A DNA stretch of 54,327 bases from Robiginitomaculum sp. (GCA_021776555.1 JAJFFR010000261.1:1-54327); one strand, 5' to 3'. Counted from the first letter of the stretch, positions 1-10,964 are shown. Numbers and translations: made by a program. Notes: generated by a model from the letters alone, not told the origin.

Positions 1-214
1 CAGCAAGGAACTGAAATTGGTCCACCAGTTAAAAAAGTCAATGTCCAATCTAAAATACTAAGCATTTTGGTCTCGCGATGACTGATCCGGGTTTTCAACA
101 GAAGCGATATACTCGACCGAGCAGGCCAATTTTGGGAATGAACGGGTCAAGTGCTTGCAATCTGTGCGCTGTGGCAACATAAATGATATAAAATAATCAA
201 GGAAAGAGGTTGCT

Positions 215-1501
215 ATGTTGAACCGTTTTTTGGTGTTGATCGTCTGTTTGTGGGGATCAACTGCTGTTGCACAAACCGCAATAATCAAAGCTGGGCGCTT
301 GGTTGATGTTGAAAATGGCCAGGTTCTGCAAGATCGGTTCATTTTGGTTGAAGATGGTCTGATCCAACAAATTGGTTCGGGGCAGGAGGTTGAAGCAGCT
401 CAGAAAACCGAACCGGTTTCTTACCTTGATTTGTCTAAGTACACAGTTCTGCCCGGCTTGTCTGACTCTCATGTCCATCTTAGTGCTGATGCCAATGCCC
501 ACGGCTATAGAAGACTAACCATTTCAACGCCGCGCGCCGCGATCAATGGTGTTGCTAATGCTCGAAAGACAATCATGGCCGGTTTCACCACAGTTCGAAA
601 CTTGGGTGCCGGGGGTTTTGTTGATGTTGATCTGATGAATGCGATTGATGATGGGACGGTGCCGGGGCCGCGCATAATCCCGGCAGGTCGATCCATCGGG
701 ATTACCGGTGGCCATTGCGATACTAATTTATTACCTTTTGAATACCATAAGACGGCGGGTGGTGTGGCCGATGGCCCTTGGGCGGTGCGCGCCAAGGTCC
801 GCGAGAACATCAAATATGGGGCGAAAGTCATCAAATTTTGCGGCACTGGAGGTGTCCTCTCTAAGGGCACCAAAATCGGCGCGCAACAATTCAGCTTTGA
901 AGAAATGAAGGCTCTGGTGGATGAAGCACATTTGCTGGGGCTGAAAGTCGCAGTGCACGCCCATGGTGAGGACGGAATCAATACGGCCCTGCGGGCCGGT
1001 GTGGATTCGGTCGAACATGCCAGCCTCATCTCGGATCAAGGCTTGCGAACTGCCAGAGGAAACGGAACGTATTTGAGCATGGATATCTATGTCTCAGATT
1101 ACATTTTGGGCGAGGGGGAAGCTGCCGGTATTTTGGAAGAGTCATTGGCTAAGGAGCGCATCGTTGGTCAACGGCAACGCGAGCGGTTTCAAGCGGCGGT
1201 AAAGGCTAGGGTTAAATTGGCGTTTGGGACCGATGCGGGTGTATATCCTCATGGCAATAATGCGCGGCAATTCGCTTACATGGTAGAATGGGGCATGACA
1301 CCAATGCAGGCCATTCAAGCCTCGACCATCGTCAATGCTGAGTTGTTTGGCTTAAGCGATACCATTGGGTCACTGACGACTGGTAAAATGGCTGATATTA
1401 TCGCTGTTGCAGAAGACCCAACTCAAAACATTCGAACGCTTGAGGATGTGGTTTTTGTTATGAAAGATGGCAAAGTCGTTTTACCGATTGCTGATGATTA
1501 A
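215..1501 (+). CDS. Secreted metal-dependent amidohydrolase (amidohydrolase_1 superfamily, imidazolonepropionase/Xaa-Pro dipeptidase-like)
   Basis: 428-aa ORF. Signal-like N-terminus (LIVCLWGSTAVAQ). HxH metal motif SDSHVHL, later VAVHAHG, VEHAS and GTDAG. GGAAAGAGG SD-like sequence upstream of the ATG. Confidence 0.85.
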   Translation: MLNRFLVLIVCLWGSTAVAQTAIIKAGRLVDVENGQVLQDRFILVEDGLIQQIGSGQEVEAAQKTEPVSYLDLSKYTVLPGLSDSHVHLSADANAHGYRRLTISTPRAAINGVANARKTIMAGFTTVRNLGAGGFVDVDLMNAIDDGTVPGPRIIPAGRSIGITGGHCDTNLLPFEYHKTAGGVADGPWAVRAKVRENIKYGAKVIKFCGTGGVLSKGTKIGAQQFSFEEMKALVDEAHLLGLKVAVHAHGEDGINTALRAGVDSVEHASLISDQGLRTARGNGTYLSMDIYVSDYILGEGEAAGILEESLAKERIVGQRQRERFQAAVKARVKLAFGTDAGVYPHGNNARQFAYMVEWGMTPMQAIQASTIVNAELFGLSDTIGSLTTGKMADIIAVAEDPTQNIRTLEDVVFVMKDGKVVLPIADD

Positions 1502-1519
1502 CCAAAAGGGATTTTCCAA

Positions 1520-3154
1520 ATGGGTATTTTGATGAGACGTAAATTTCCGTTTGGAATACTTGCATTGGCGTTGAGCGCTTTGATGATGTCCAGTTGTTCA
1601 TCGCCGCAAACCAATGTGACGTCTATCTCGCAGGTCGAGGTTGAAAACCCGGCCCCATTTGGGTGGTCCTTACCCAAAATTTCTGCGGCCTTGCAATCTG
1701 GTGAACTATCTTCAAGCGAACTGGTCGCAGCCTATCTGGCGCGCATTGAGGAAATTGATCGTTCCGGTCCTCAGTTGCAGAGCGTTTTGACACTGAATCC
1801 AGATGCCATGCGCCGAGCCAAAGCGCTGGATGTTGAAATGGCGGCTGGCAATTCGCGCGGTCCGCTGCATGGTGTGCCCATCTTGGTCAAAGACAATATT
1901 GAAACCAGCGACCCCATGCCAACAACGGCTGGCTCGACGGCATTGCAAGATAATCTCAACCACCGGGACGCTCCGTTGATTGCTAGTTTACGTGATGCCG
2001 GCGCCGTTATTTTGGGCAAAACCAATTTGTCACAATGGGCCAATTTTCGCTCAAATACGTCAATCAGCGGGTGGAGTGCCTTGGGTGGCCAAACCAGAAA
2101 CCCACATATTCTAGATCGTTCGCCCTGCGGGTCTAGCGCAGGCAGTGGTGTCGCGGTTGCCGCATTTTTGACCAGTGGCGCAATTGGCACAGAGACCAAT
2201 GGCTCTATCTCTTGCCCTTCATCTCGCAACGGCATTGTTGGGTTTAAGCCAACAGTGGGCTTGGTCTCGCAAAACTTGATTATCCCCATATCATCCACAC
2301 AAGACACCGCTGGCCCGATGACCTTGAGCGTAGAGGGTGCGGCGATGATGTTGGATGGAATGACCGGACAAAGTGGTGGGCAATCATTTACTCGTTTGCT
2401 GGAAAAATCCGCATTGGATGGCAAAAGGGTCGGCGTGTTGCGCTTTGCACAAGGTAAGATACCAGCGGTTCGAGATCGGTTTGAAAAAGCGTTGTTGGTA
2501 TTGGAAGAAGCCGGTGCGGTATTGATCGATATCGATGCCTATGAACCGCCAAAGTCATTCTGGAATGACGCATTTGCAGTTTTGCAATGGGAGTTCAAGG
2601 AAACGCTAAATGCCTATCTCGCCTCGACAGGCACTCAAGTGCAAACCAGATCACTGGCCGAGTTGATTGCCTTTAATCAGGTGGAAAGTAAAACTGAACA
2701 ATCGTTGTTTGACCAAGATGTTTTTGAAATGTCCGAAGCTCGTACTGAGCTAGACGACCCGGAATACCTGAAGGCGCTAGGTCTTGTCCTTACGGCAACC
2801 CGTCAGGATGGCATTGATAAAATGCTGGGTGAGAACCAGCTCGATCTGCTGGTTGCGCCCACCGGCGCCCCGGCATTTTTAATTGATCCGGTTTTTGGTG
2901 ATGGATTTCCCGGCGGAAATACTGGTGCAGGGTGGCTGGCGGCCATTGCCGGATATCCGCACCTTACCGTTCCGATGGGTAGCATTCACGCTCTACCGGT
3001 CGGAATTTCATTTATGGGTGCGGCTGGGCAGGACGCCGAAGTACTGGCAGCCGGGTATGCCTACGAAATTCGTAGCGCCAAGCGGGTAACTCCGCAGTTT
3101 TTGCCAAGTGCGGATGCTGTACCGTCCATTGAAAAGGCGGTTACTCGTCAGTAA
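1520..3154 (+). CDS. Amidase (amidase-signature family), lipoprotein-type signal
   Basis: 544-aa ORF. Lipobox-like LMMSSCSS. AS-family motifs ILVKDNI (catalytic Lys), CGSSAGSGVAVAA and GTETNGSISCPSS (Ser-cisSer). 18 nt downstream of the preceding gene. Confidence 0.88.
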   Translation: MGILMRRKFPFGILALALSALMMSSCSSPQTNVTSISQVEVENPAPFGWSLPKISAALQSGELSSSELVAAYLARIEEIDRSGPQLQSVLTLNPDAMRRAKALDVEMAAGNSRGPLHGVPILVKDNIETSDPMPTTAGSTALQDNLNHRDAPLIASLRDAGAVILGKTNLSQWANFRSNTSISGWSALGGQTRNPHILDRSPCGSSAGSGVAVAAFLTSGAIGTETNGSISCPSSRNGIVGFKPTVGLVSQNLIIPISSTQDTAGPMTLSVEGAAMMLDGMTGQSGGQSFTRLLEKSALDGKRVGVLRFAQGKIPAVRDRFEKALLVLEEAGAVLIDIDAYEPPKSFWNDAFAVLQWEFKETLNAYLASTGTQVQTRSLAELIAFNQVESKTEQSLFDQDVFEMSEARTELDDPEYLKALGLVLTATRQDGIDKMLGENQLDLLVAPTGAPAFLIDPVFGDGFPGGNTGAGWLAAIAGYPHLTVPMGSIHALPVGISFMGAAGQDAEVLAAGYAYEIRSAKRVTPQFLPSADAVPSIEKAVTRQ

Positions 3155-3174
3155 ATGCTGGTTGGCGATTAAAG

Positions 3175-4758
3175 CTATTCTTCGGCCAAGCTGCCGAGAC
3201 CGGACTGCAAGCCGTTTAATTGCTCGCCATAACGCTTCCACCGACCGATAGAGCCGGAATAGAGCGGTTGGCGCACTTGCACCGAACTTGCGGTGGAGAC
3301 CGGCGCGGCGTTCTCGTGAAACCGCATACAAGCTTCGTTCCAAGGTAAATCACAGAATTCCAACAATCGCCGGGTCTGAGTTTCCTGATCGTGAACAATA
3401 TCTTCATACCGGACTTCCATGAACCGGTTGGCTGGTAATAGGTTCCGCCAATGTGCCATCAACCCATCAAAACCCTGATAGAATTGTGCAGTATCCGTGA
3501 GGTCATAGGTGTAGTTGTAATAGGAGTGTTGCACCGTAAACAATTGCCGGTAATTACTCAAACAACTGTCCATTGCACCGCGACGTAAGCAGATCATTCT
3601 AGCATTAGGCAGGGCGCGATGAATCAACGCCGCATAAAAGAAATTAAGTGGCATTTTATCGGTCATCCGATCGGCCCCGCGAGCCAATTCTGCCGTATTC
3701 TTTACGTACATCTGGCCAATAGAATCCATGGGGATATCGTTGGCACGGCGCAGCGTCTCGGGGTCCATCACCATATTGGAACGGGTCTCGCTGGCCTCTT
3801 TGATCAGGCCGGCAAATACGTTTAATTCTCCAGCAGAAACGACGTCAGGATGGGATGATATAATACGGTCGACCAAAGTTGTTCCGGTGCGAGGCAATCC
3901 AAAAATGAAAATCGGACTGGAGGGCGTGGACTTATTATCGGCGGATCTTTGCGACGATCCGCAGGTTTGTTTTGCTGCTTCAAACAGGCCTGAATAATTG
4001 AATGAATTGGCCGGTAGTGAGGCTCGTTTTTTGGCTTTTGCCTTTTGGAGCCATTGCAGGCTTTCTTCATATTGCCCTAGATCTTCCAGCGTTTTTGCAA
4101 TGGCGTGACCTAAATGCAAAGCAGCATCTTCGTTGGCGCAATGTTGCTCAAATAATGAGATCAGTTGATTCAGATGGTTTGTCTGCGGCGTTTGCTTTCT
4201 AAGCGCCACCAGCGAAGACCAAGCCCGGTAATGGGCCGGATCACGATTTAAGGTGCTCTGATAGGCCATTTCAGCTTTTGAAAATTCCCCCAAAAACTGG
4301 TGCGACGCTGCCATATTGTAGTGAAAATTTGCGGGCTGTTGGTCTATGAATACGGCTTTTTCGAAAAAAGGAATGGCCTTTTCATGAAACCCGGTTCGGC
4401 TGTATACCACGCCAATTGTATCGGCCACAAAGGCATCATCAATCGGTAATTTGGCAGCTTGGTCAACCGCAGATTTTGCTTGGTTCTGGCGGCCTAGAAT
4501 GGTCAAAACTTGTGCGAGATATGCGTAATACCGGGTAGTTTTTCCGTCCAGCGAGATGGCTTTTGAATATAATTCACAAGCCTTTACGTGATTGTCGTGT
4601 TGTGCAGTAAGGCGACCCAATAGATAAAATGCCTCAGCATTATTGGGGTCAATTTTCAAAACATCAATGCACGCACTGTGCGCGGTGCGAAATGCGCCTT
4701 GTGACAATTGATGCTCTGCTTCTTTGAGGATCAGAGCAAGTTTTGCTTTATTCTTCAT
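3175..4758 (-). CDS. TPR-repeat protein fused to a sulfotransferase domain
   Basis: 527-aa ORF. The N-terminal ~250 aa has TPR-like repeats (AEAFYLLGRL, YAYLAQVL, AYQSTLNRDP). The C-terminal half has the PAPS-binding 5'-PSB motif FGLPRTGTTL and RxGxxDxxxS-like LRRGAMDSCLS. Confidence 0.82.
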   Translation of the reverse strand: MKNKAKLALILKEAEHQLSQGAFRTAHSACIDVLKIDPNNAEAFYLLGRLTAQHDNHVKACELYSKAISLDGKTTRYYAYLAQVLTILGRQNQAKSAVDQAAKLPIDDAFVADTIGVVYSRTGFHEKAIPFFEKAVFIDQQPANFHYNMAASHQFLGEFSKAEMAYQSTLNRDPAHYRAWSSLVALRKQTPQTNHLNQLISLFEQHCANEDAALHLGHAIAKTLEDLGQYEESLQWLQKAKAKKRASLPANSFNYSGLFEAAKQTCGSSQRSADNKSTPSSPIFIFGLPRTGTTLVDRIISSHPDVVSAGELNVFAGLIKEASETRSNMVMDPETLRRANDIPMDSIGQMYVKNTAELARGADRMTDKMPLNFFYAALIHRALPNARMICLRRGAMDSCLSNYRQLFTVQHSYYNYTYDLTDTAQFYQGFDGLMAHWRNLLPANRFMEVRYEDIVHDQETQTRRLLEFCDLPWNEACMRFHENAAPVSTASSVQVRQPLYSGSIGRWKRYGEQLNGLQSGLGSLAEE

Positions 4759-4826
4759 TGGGTGTTTTTATTCTTGGAGCAATGTTGGTGCAATCCCACC
4801 ATTTCAGGTTTTGATCACTTTTTTTA

Positions 4827-5309
4827 TCAAGGAATGATAAATCGACCACGTGTCTTGATGTCCTCGATCACGGCGAAACTGTTAGTTTGGGCAATGCCAG
4901 GGATTTCGGATATTTTTTCGAGAAGAACTTGGCGAAATTCATCCATATTGCTGACGCAAACCTTCAACAGGCAATCAAACATTCCAGCCACCATATGGCA
5001 TTCAATCACCTCGGGGATATCCAGAATATGGTCGCTAAAGGTCTGAAAGGTTTTGTTGGTCGAGTCGGTGAATGTGACCTGGATAAACGTGGTAAATCCT
5101 CGGTCAATTAGGCCCGGATTCAGGCGCGCGGTATATCCTTCAATATATCCTTTGCGCTCAAGTCGTTTAATCCTTTCGGCACAGGGAGTTTGGCTTAGGC
5201 CGACCGTTTTGGCGATTTCAACAAAGCTAGCTCGGCCGTTTTCCTCGAGAATGGACATGATTTTTCGATCGATTAAATCTGATTTATCTGTGTGCTGTTT
5301 TGGCAACAT
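4827..5309 (-). CDS. Lrp/AsnC family transcriptional regulator
   Basis: 160-aa ORF. HTH_AsnC segment DRKIMSILEENGRASFVEIAKTVGLSQTPCAERIKRLERKGYI followed by an AsnC ligand-binding (RAM) domain. Confidence 0.92.
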   Translation of the reverse strand: MLPKQHTDKSDLIDRKIMSILEENGRASFVEIAKTVGLSQTPCAERIKRLERKGYIEGYTARLNPGLIDRGFTTFIQVTFTDSTNKTFQTFSDHILDIPEVIECHMVAGMFDCLLKVCVSNMDEFRQVLLEKISEIPGIAQTNSFAVIEDIKTRGRFIIP

Positions 5310-5650
5310 AGCGAATTTCTCTGTTTGGGCAGCAAATGGGCGATATCAACCCGAGTAAACACTAATAATATAGTATCATATAGTGAAAAAGACTGAATTA
5401 TCTATAAAAAATAGTGTTATTCATTGAAATATAACCAAAAATACAGGATTATTCACTTTTCAAAATGACAATTGTGACTATGGTTTGGGTCTGCGGTAAC
5501 AGATGAAAGCCTTCATAGGCCAAAAGCCGCTGAAAAAGATATAGACTTGCAATTGGAAGCAGGGATAGAAATTGAGGTTAATCACATGGCGTACAAGGGC
5601 TGAGACCTTTGTCACGCTGGCCGGAACGAAATTCACCAAGGGGAATAAAC

Positions 5651-8095
5651 ATGAAACCTGATCTAAAACAGTATTTGAAAGCATCGGCCAGCATATTGGC
5701 CCTGCCGGTCATGGGGTTGGCTTTTGCTACACCCGCGCTCGCCCAGGCTGGCGACAATGATGAGATTGTCGTAACAGCAACGCGCCGCGAAGGCACAGTG
5801 CAGGACGTTCCGATCAATATCTCTGCGGTTGGTGGCGCCCAAATCGAAGAGCAGGGTTTTTCCGAAATATCTGAAGTATTGGCCTTTGTTCCAGGGATCA
5901 ACGTAATTGACCAAGGCGGCCGGAATTCAAATTTGCTTATTGTTCGGGGTTTGAATGCGGATCCGATCGGACAGGGTGGTGCCAATGATGGTGGCGGCAC
6001 TGTGGCAACGTATTTGGGCGAAATTCCGATTTTTATCGATTTGAACCTGAATGACTTGCAGCGAGTTGAAGTTCTGCTTGGCCCTCAAGGTACACTCTAT
6101 GGTGCTGGTACGCTGGGTGGCGCAATTCGGTATATTCCAAACAAACCAGATTTTGAATCTAATATGTTTGAAGTTCGCTCTGATATTTATGTGTTGGATG
6201 AGGGTGACGGGATTAGTCACGATATTGGTATTACCTTCAACCTGCCGATCTCTGACACATTTGCCATTCGCGGATCGTTGGATCGCTTGGACGACAAAGG
6301 GTTTATTGATTATCCATTTGTTGTGCAGGAAATTGGTGTTTCTGAACCGGATCCGGACTTTACCAATCCCGCCGCCCGCGCGGCTAATTTCAGTCCGGCC
6401 GAAGACGCCAATGGTCAGGAACGCATTTCTGGTAGATTAGCGGCTCGTTGGCAGCCAAATGATAAGTTTGACGCAACCGCGACCTATTACTTTCAGAATG
6501 AGAAAAACGAAGGCCGCACAACATCAGGTCATCGTGGCCCTATTCCAGCTGGTCGATATGAATCGCCAAGCCGTGTATTGGAGCCAAATGAAGAAACCAA
6601 TCAATTGGCTGCGTTGGAATTTACCTACGATTTAGGATTTGCCGAACTGACTTCTGCAACCGGTTATGGCAAGTACACTGAGGTTGGGCAGCGGGATCAG
6701 ACTGATTTGCTGATCTCTTTGGAATACTCATATGAGACATTTCCGACCTTTACTTCGCGTACCCGTGAAGAACAAAGAGACACATTTTTCAATCAGGAAG
6801 TTCGGATCGTTTCCACCGGTGATAAACGCTATAACTGGATCATTGGTGGGTTTTACAACAAATTTGAAACGCAAGGTACATCAGCTGAGTTCACGCCGGG
6901 ATATGCAGCCTTTGCAGGCTTTAACCGTCCAGACGATCTTGAGTACTTTTCTGCTGGTACCACAAAGCTGATTGAAAAAGCCGTATTTGGTGAAATTGGT
7001 TTTGATATCACTGATCGTTGGCAAATCACTGCTGGCGGCCGCTTGTATGAGTATGATTTGCAGACTCAAAGCACGGTAGATTTCCCGTTGTTTGACCCGG
7101 TCTTTGTCGCTCCGGCACTTTCTGATCTTACTACACGGCCCTTTGACCCTGCATTACGTCAGCAAGATGACGGTACATTATTCAAAATCAATACATCCTT
7201 TCAGGTTAGCGATGATATGTTGGTTTATGCCACGGTCAGCGAGGGCTTCCGGATTGGCGGCAGTAATGGCGGCGGACCTTGCCCAGCCTTTATGGTTGGT
7301 GCGACGCAGGGCAATTGTAATCTGGCACCGGGTCAGCAATTTGGACCGAACCCGGGTGACATTGCTCAGTTTGACGAGCGCGCCTTTGGGCCAGACACCA
7401 CTCGAAATTATGAGTTGGGTGCCAAAACTACCTTTGCGGATGGCGCGGTAACCTTGAATGGTGCCATCTTCTACGTGGAGTGGATTGATCCGCAACTTTC
7501 ATCAGCCACAGTGAACGCTTCGGTACCGATTACCATCAATGCAAATGGTGCAGCTTCCAAAGGTGTCGAACTAAACGGTGATTGGAAAGTTACAGATCAG
7601 TTTAGACTGCGCGGTAGCTTCAGCTACACCAAAAGTGAACTGACTTCGGATGTGCCTTCCTTGATCCGAACCATTGCGCCTCCAGGTTTTGGTACGGCAT
7701 TTGAAGATGGTCTTGATGGTGACCGGTTGCCAGGTTCGCCAGAGACTCAGTTCTCTTTGTTTGGCTCCTATGACATACCATTGGCCAGCGGAAATTCATT
7801 GCGCTTCAACGGCGGATATTCTTGGCAGGGTGATGTTCTGTCGCGAACCGGAGCCAGAGGCAACAGCCTGACTTTACCAAGCTTTGGCGTGGCGAACACT
7901 TCAGTTGTCTATGAGCGCAATAGTTGGTCAGTTACTGGGTATGTGAACAACCTGTTCAATAAATTTGCCGAAACCGGCGTGCAGGGAACAGGGTTGAGCA
8001 ACCAGACAATTTTGGGCGCAAATGTTCGGACGTTCCAAGTCAACGTATTACCAACGCGCAGAATTGGTGTGCGGGCAAAATACCGGTTTGAATAG
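5651..8095 (+). CDS. TonB-dependent outer-membrane receptor
   Basis: The ORF track starts at 5609. I prefer the ATG at 5651 (MKPDLKQYL...), preceded by AAGGGGA. Signal peptide ending ALAQA, TonB box DEIVVTATRRE, plug motifs (IVRGL, LLGPQGTLYGAGTLGGAI) and a long beta-barrel. Confidence 0.9.
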   Translation: MKPDLKQYLKASASILALPVMGLAFATPALAQAGDNDEIVVTATRREGTVQDVPINISAVGGAQIEEQGFSEISEVLAFVPGINVIDQGGRNSNLLIVRGLNADPIGQGGANDGGGTVATYLGEIPIFIDLNLNDLQRVEVLLGPQGTLYGAGTLGGAIRYIPNKPDFESNMFEVRSDIYVLDEGDGISHDIGITFNLPISDTFAIRGSLDRLDDKGFIDYPFVVQEIGVSEPDPDFTNPAARAANFSPAEDANGQERISGRLAARWQPNDKFDATATYYFQNEKNEGRTTSGHRGPIPAGRYESPSRVLEPNEETNQLAALEFTYDLGFAELTSATGYGKYTEVGQRDQTDLLISLEYSYETFPTFTSRTREEQRDTFFNQEVRIVSTGDKRYNWIIGGFYNKFETQGTSAEFTPGYAAFAGFNRPDDLEYFSAGTTKLIEKAVFGEIGFDITDRWQITAGGRLYEYDLQTQSTVDFPLFDPVFVAPALSDLTTRPFDPALRQQDDGTLFKINTSFQVSDDMLVYATVSEGFRIGGSNGGGPCPAFMVGATQGNCNLAPGQQFGPNPGDIAQFDERAFGPDTTRNYELGAKTTFADGAVTLNGAIFYVEWIDPQLSSATVNASVPITINANGAASKGVELNGDWKVTDQFRLRGSFSYTKSELTSDVPSLIRTIAPPGFGTAFEDGLDGDRLPGSPETQFSLFGSYDIPLASGNSLRFNGGYSWQGDVLSRTGARGNSLTLPSFGVANTSVVYERNSWSVTGYVNNLFNKFAETGVQGTGLSNQTILGANVRTFQVNVLPTRRIGVRAKYRFE

Positions 8096-8124
8096 GCTTT
8101 TTTGAGCCAAAAATACAATTATGG

Positions 8125-8154
8125 AAACGGGGCCTTTTGGCCTCGTTTTTATTT
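8125..8154 (+). terminator. Rho-independent terminator after TonB-dependent receptor 1
   Basis: Hairpin cggggcc-tttt-ggcctcg (one mismatch) followed by a tttttattt tail, about 30 nt after the stop at 8095. Confidence 0.65.
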
Positions 8155-8519
8155 GAGTTGAAATTATTGTGCAGCCGATTTGTCACAGGGCCAAAAAAAC
8201 CAAGGCAAACGTTTCAACTTTTTGTTACAGATTTTCTAACAGTTTTGCATCAGTTTTGATCCAAAATATTCAGATTCCACTTGTTTTAATAGGGTTTTAT
8301 GTTTTTCAAGCGCCACCCGGATAGTTTGTGGCGCAAAGCCTGCTTTGGTATTCTGCATATTAGTAAACTTGTATATAAGCACCAAGCCCTGTATACTAAC
8401 GGCGTCATCACAAAGAAATAGTCAGTCAAAATTTAGAATTTGGGTCAACGTAATCCAAATCGAAGCTCGAAATCTACAGCTTATAAAATTACACAGTTCA
8501 TTCAAACTAGGGGAATACC

Positions 8520-10919
8520 TTGAATAATTTTAAAAAATCTCTGAAGCAAACATCCATGTGGGTGGCCGCTTCAGCCGTTGTGATGGCCTATGCCACACCT
8601 GTTATAGCGCAAAATTCCGATACGGCGTTGAACGATGAAATCGTATCAATTGGCAGCAGAAGCACCAAGCCACGGTCAGTACAAGACTCGACCGTTCCTG
8701 TTGATGTCATTCCAGCCGGCGATTTTTCTGCCATGGGTAATGTGGCGGACATTACTGATAATTTGAAAACGCTTGTGCCATCTTATACCGCCACGCCAGC
8801 AACTGGTGATGGTAGCGCATTCGTTCGCCCCACTTCCTTGCGCGGCACTGCTTCTGATCAAACTTTGGTTCTGATCAATGGCAAGCGTCGGCACCGTTCA
8901 GCTCTGGTGCAGTTCTTTGCCCCGGCTGCCGGTAATGGTGCGCACGCGCCAGACGTAGCGATGATCCCAAGCATTGCCTTGAAAAGTGTTGAGGTGTTGC
9001 GCGATGGCGCTGCGGCTCAATACGGTTCTGATGCAATTGCGGGCGTGATTAACTTTGTCCTGAAAGACTCAGCCGAAAGTGCTGAAGCCGTATTTCAGTA
9101 TGGTCAGTTCTATGAAGGCGAAGCCAGCTATAAATTGGCCGGTAATATTGGTTTACCAATCGGTGATACCGGGTTTATCAATATCAGTGGTGAGTATTCA
9201 GACAATGAAGCATTGTCGCGCGGTATTATCCGCCCAGATGCGCAAGCTCTGATCGACGCTGGTGTTCCGAACGTTGGTGCGGATACACCGTTCGGTGATG
9301 CGCCATTTACCCAAACTTGGGGGCGCCCGGAAACAAGCGGTGCGCGTTTCTTTGTAAATGCTGGCATTGATCTAACTGAAAATGCACAGCTTTACGCACA
9401 TGGTAACTATGCGGATACAGATGGTCGCTACCGGTTCTTCTTCCGGAATACTGGACACTCCACAATTACCACTTTGAATGCGTTGGGCTTTACCGGCCTT
9501 CCAGCTGGCTTTACACCATTTCTGGACGGTGCTCAGGAAGATTTCAGTCTAGTTTCTGGCCTAAAAGGCGACATGTCCAGTGGGCTGAATTATGATTTCA
9601 GTGTTGGATACGGCAAAAATACACTGGATTACTTCCTGAATAATACGATCAACCCATCCTTGGGTTTGGACGCTAATTTGCAGATTCCACAACGGGATTT
9701 CATCATCGGTGGCTATGAGCAAAAAGAAATCAACATCAATGCAGATTTCTCCAAATCACTCTCCGACAACGTTAATCTGGCGTTTGGTGGTGAATGGCGT
9801 GAAGAGACCTATACGGTTATCCAAGGCGAACCAAGCTCGTTCCTTGGCGCGGGTGCCAGCGGTCTGAAAGGTTTCGGCCCGAATGATGCCGGTGCTTTTG
9901 CCCGGGATAACTTCGGGGTTTATGCAGATATCGAACATGATCTGTCAGATCGCGTTTTGCTGCAATATGCTGCACGCTATGAAGACTTCTCTGATTTTGG
10001 CGGAACATTTAACTGGAAAGTTGCTGGACGCCTTGCGCTGACCGAAAACACAAACTTGCGGGCTGCGGTTTCAACTGGCTTCCATGCGCCAACACCAGGC
10101 CAAGCCAATGTTCGTACAACCATCACGACCTTTGATGGCGCAACGGGCCTACAGGTCGATGAAGGTCTGGTTCCACCAACCAGTGCCGGTGCCTTGGAAG
10201 TTGGCGGTGCGCCGCTGACCGAAGAGCAATCGACCAATTTCAGTGTTGGTTTTACGTCTGACTTGACGGAAAGAACTACATTGACGGTTGATGCATATCG
10301 CATCGATGTTGATGATCGGATCTATCGTACTGGTGATATTACTGTACCAAGTTCAGGCGCGGCGATTTCGTTCTACACCAATGCCTTGGATGTTCAGCAC
10401 CAAGGGATCGACGTTGTTTTGACATCGGGCTTTGACTGGTCAGATACAGTCAGCACTGACATCTCATTTGCCGCCAGCTTCAATGAAATTGAAGTTACCG
10501 GTCAAAAGCAAGTCGGCGGTATTACCCCGGTTAGTGCGAGCACTGTTGAAGACATCGAGAACAACTTTCCAAATGTTCGCTTTGTTTTAGGCACCACCAC
10601 TCACTTTAACGATCGTTTGAGCATGATGCTGCGGGCCAATTATTACGGTTCTCACTTTGATGAGCGCGGTACCATTGGTGCAGCGACCAGCCCAAGTGCT
10701 GAAATTGGTGCAACCATCTATTTCGATGCTGAATTGGGATATGATGTGAACGACAACTTCCGCATTGCGGTCGGTGGTTCAAATATCTTCGATACATTTA
10801 TTGATGAAATCGGTGCGCCAAATGCCAACCGCCTCAGCGTTGGCCTGCAATATCCACGTCGTAGTGCTGCCAATTATGAAGGTGGTTCCTGGTACGTTAA
10901 AGGTGTTGTTAGATACTAA
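8520..10919 (+). CDS. TonB-dependent outer-membrane receptor
   Basis: 799-aa ORF. TTG is the first possible start after the in-frame TAG at 8508-8510, with AGGGGAA SD-like upstream (alternative ATG at 8556). Signal peptide ...PVIAQ, TonB box DEIVSIGSR, plug motifs (SLRGT, VLINGKRR, EVLRDGAAAQYGSDAIAGVINF) and a terminal aromatic residue (VVRY). Confidence 0.9.
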   Translation: MNNFKKSLKQTSMWVAASAVVMAYATPVIAQNSDTALNDEIVSIGSRSTKPRSVQDSTVPVDVIPAGDFSAMGNVADITDNLKTLVPSYTATPATGDGSAFVRPTSLRGTASDQTLVLINGKRRHRSALVQFFAPAAGNGAHAPDVAMIPSIALKSVEVLRDGAAAQYGSDAIAGVINFVLKDSAESAEAVFQYGQFYEGEASYKLAGNIGLPIGDTGFINISGEYSDNEALSRGIIRPDAQALIDAGVPNVGADTPFGDAPFTQTWGRPETSGARFFVNAGIDLTENAQLYAHGNYADTDGRYRFFFRNTGHSTITTLNALGFTGLPAGFTPFLDGAQEDFSLVSGLKGDMSSGLNYDFSVGYGKNTLDYFLNNTINPSLGLDANLQIPQRDFIIGGYEQKEININADFSKSLSDNVNLAFGGEWREETYTVIQGEPSSFLGAGASGLKGFGPNDAGAFARDNFGVYADIEHDLSDRVLLQYAARYEDFSDFGGTFNWKVAGRLALTENTNLRAAVSTGFHAPTPGQANVRTTITTFDGATGLQVDEGLVPPTSAGALEVGGAPLTEEQSTNFSVGFTSDLTERTTLTVDAYRIDVDDRIYRTGDITVPSSGAAISFYTNALDVQHQGIDVVLTSGFDWSDTVSTDISFAASFNEIEVTGQKQVGGITPVSASTVEDIENNFPNVRFVLGTTTHFNDRLSMMLRANYYGSHFDERGTIGAATSPSAEIGATIYFDAELGYDVNDNFRIAVGGSNIFDTFIDEIGAPNANRLSVGLQYPRRSAANYEGGSWYVKGVVRY

Positions 10920-10964
10920 GGGCAAGTCGCTCATTTCCAGTTATTTGACTGGACAAACAATTCA

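Noticed and set aside
1-214. Possible 3' end of an upstream plus-strand gene (frame ending in TAA at 59-61), and the 94-aa minus ORF at 58..342.
   Set aside because: Only about 20 codons of the plus frame are visible, with no recognisable motif. The minus ORF overlaps the amidohydrolase start and looks spurious.
505-2424. Long antisense ORFs inside the amidohydrolase and amidase genes (505..1029, 731..1039, 1771..2424). Similar cases elsewhere include 5578..6000, 9977..10303, 16364..16903, 16620..16952 and 42860..43375.
   Set aside because: These are shadow ORFs opposite well-supported genes. Their translations are low-complexity or Arg/Pro/Ser-rich with no motifs.
5410-5428. Fur-box-like AT-rich sequence aatagtgttattcattgaa upstream of TonB-dependent receptor 1.
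   Set aside because: By my count only about 12 of 19 positions match the GATAATGATAATCATTATC consensus, in a generally AT-rich promoter region. That is not enough to call, and the iron regulator type of this organism is unknown.
8090-8095. Receptor 1 ends ...KYRFE rather than with a terminal aromatic residue.
   Set aside because: The penultimate Phe is present and single-residue C-terminal extensions occur in real outer-membrane proteins. There is no sign of a frameshift, so this is not a supportable anomaly.
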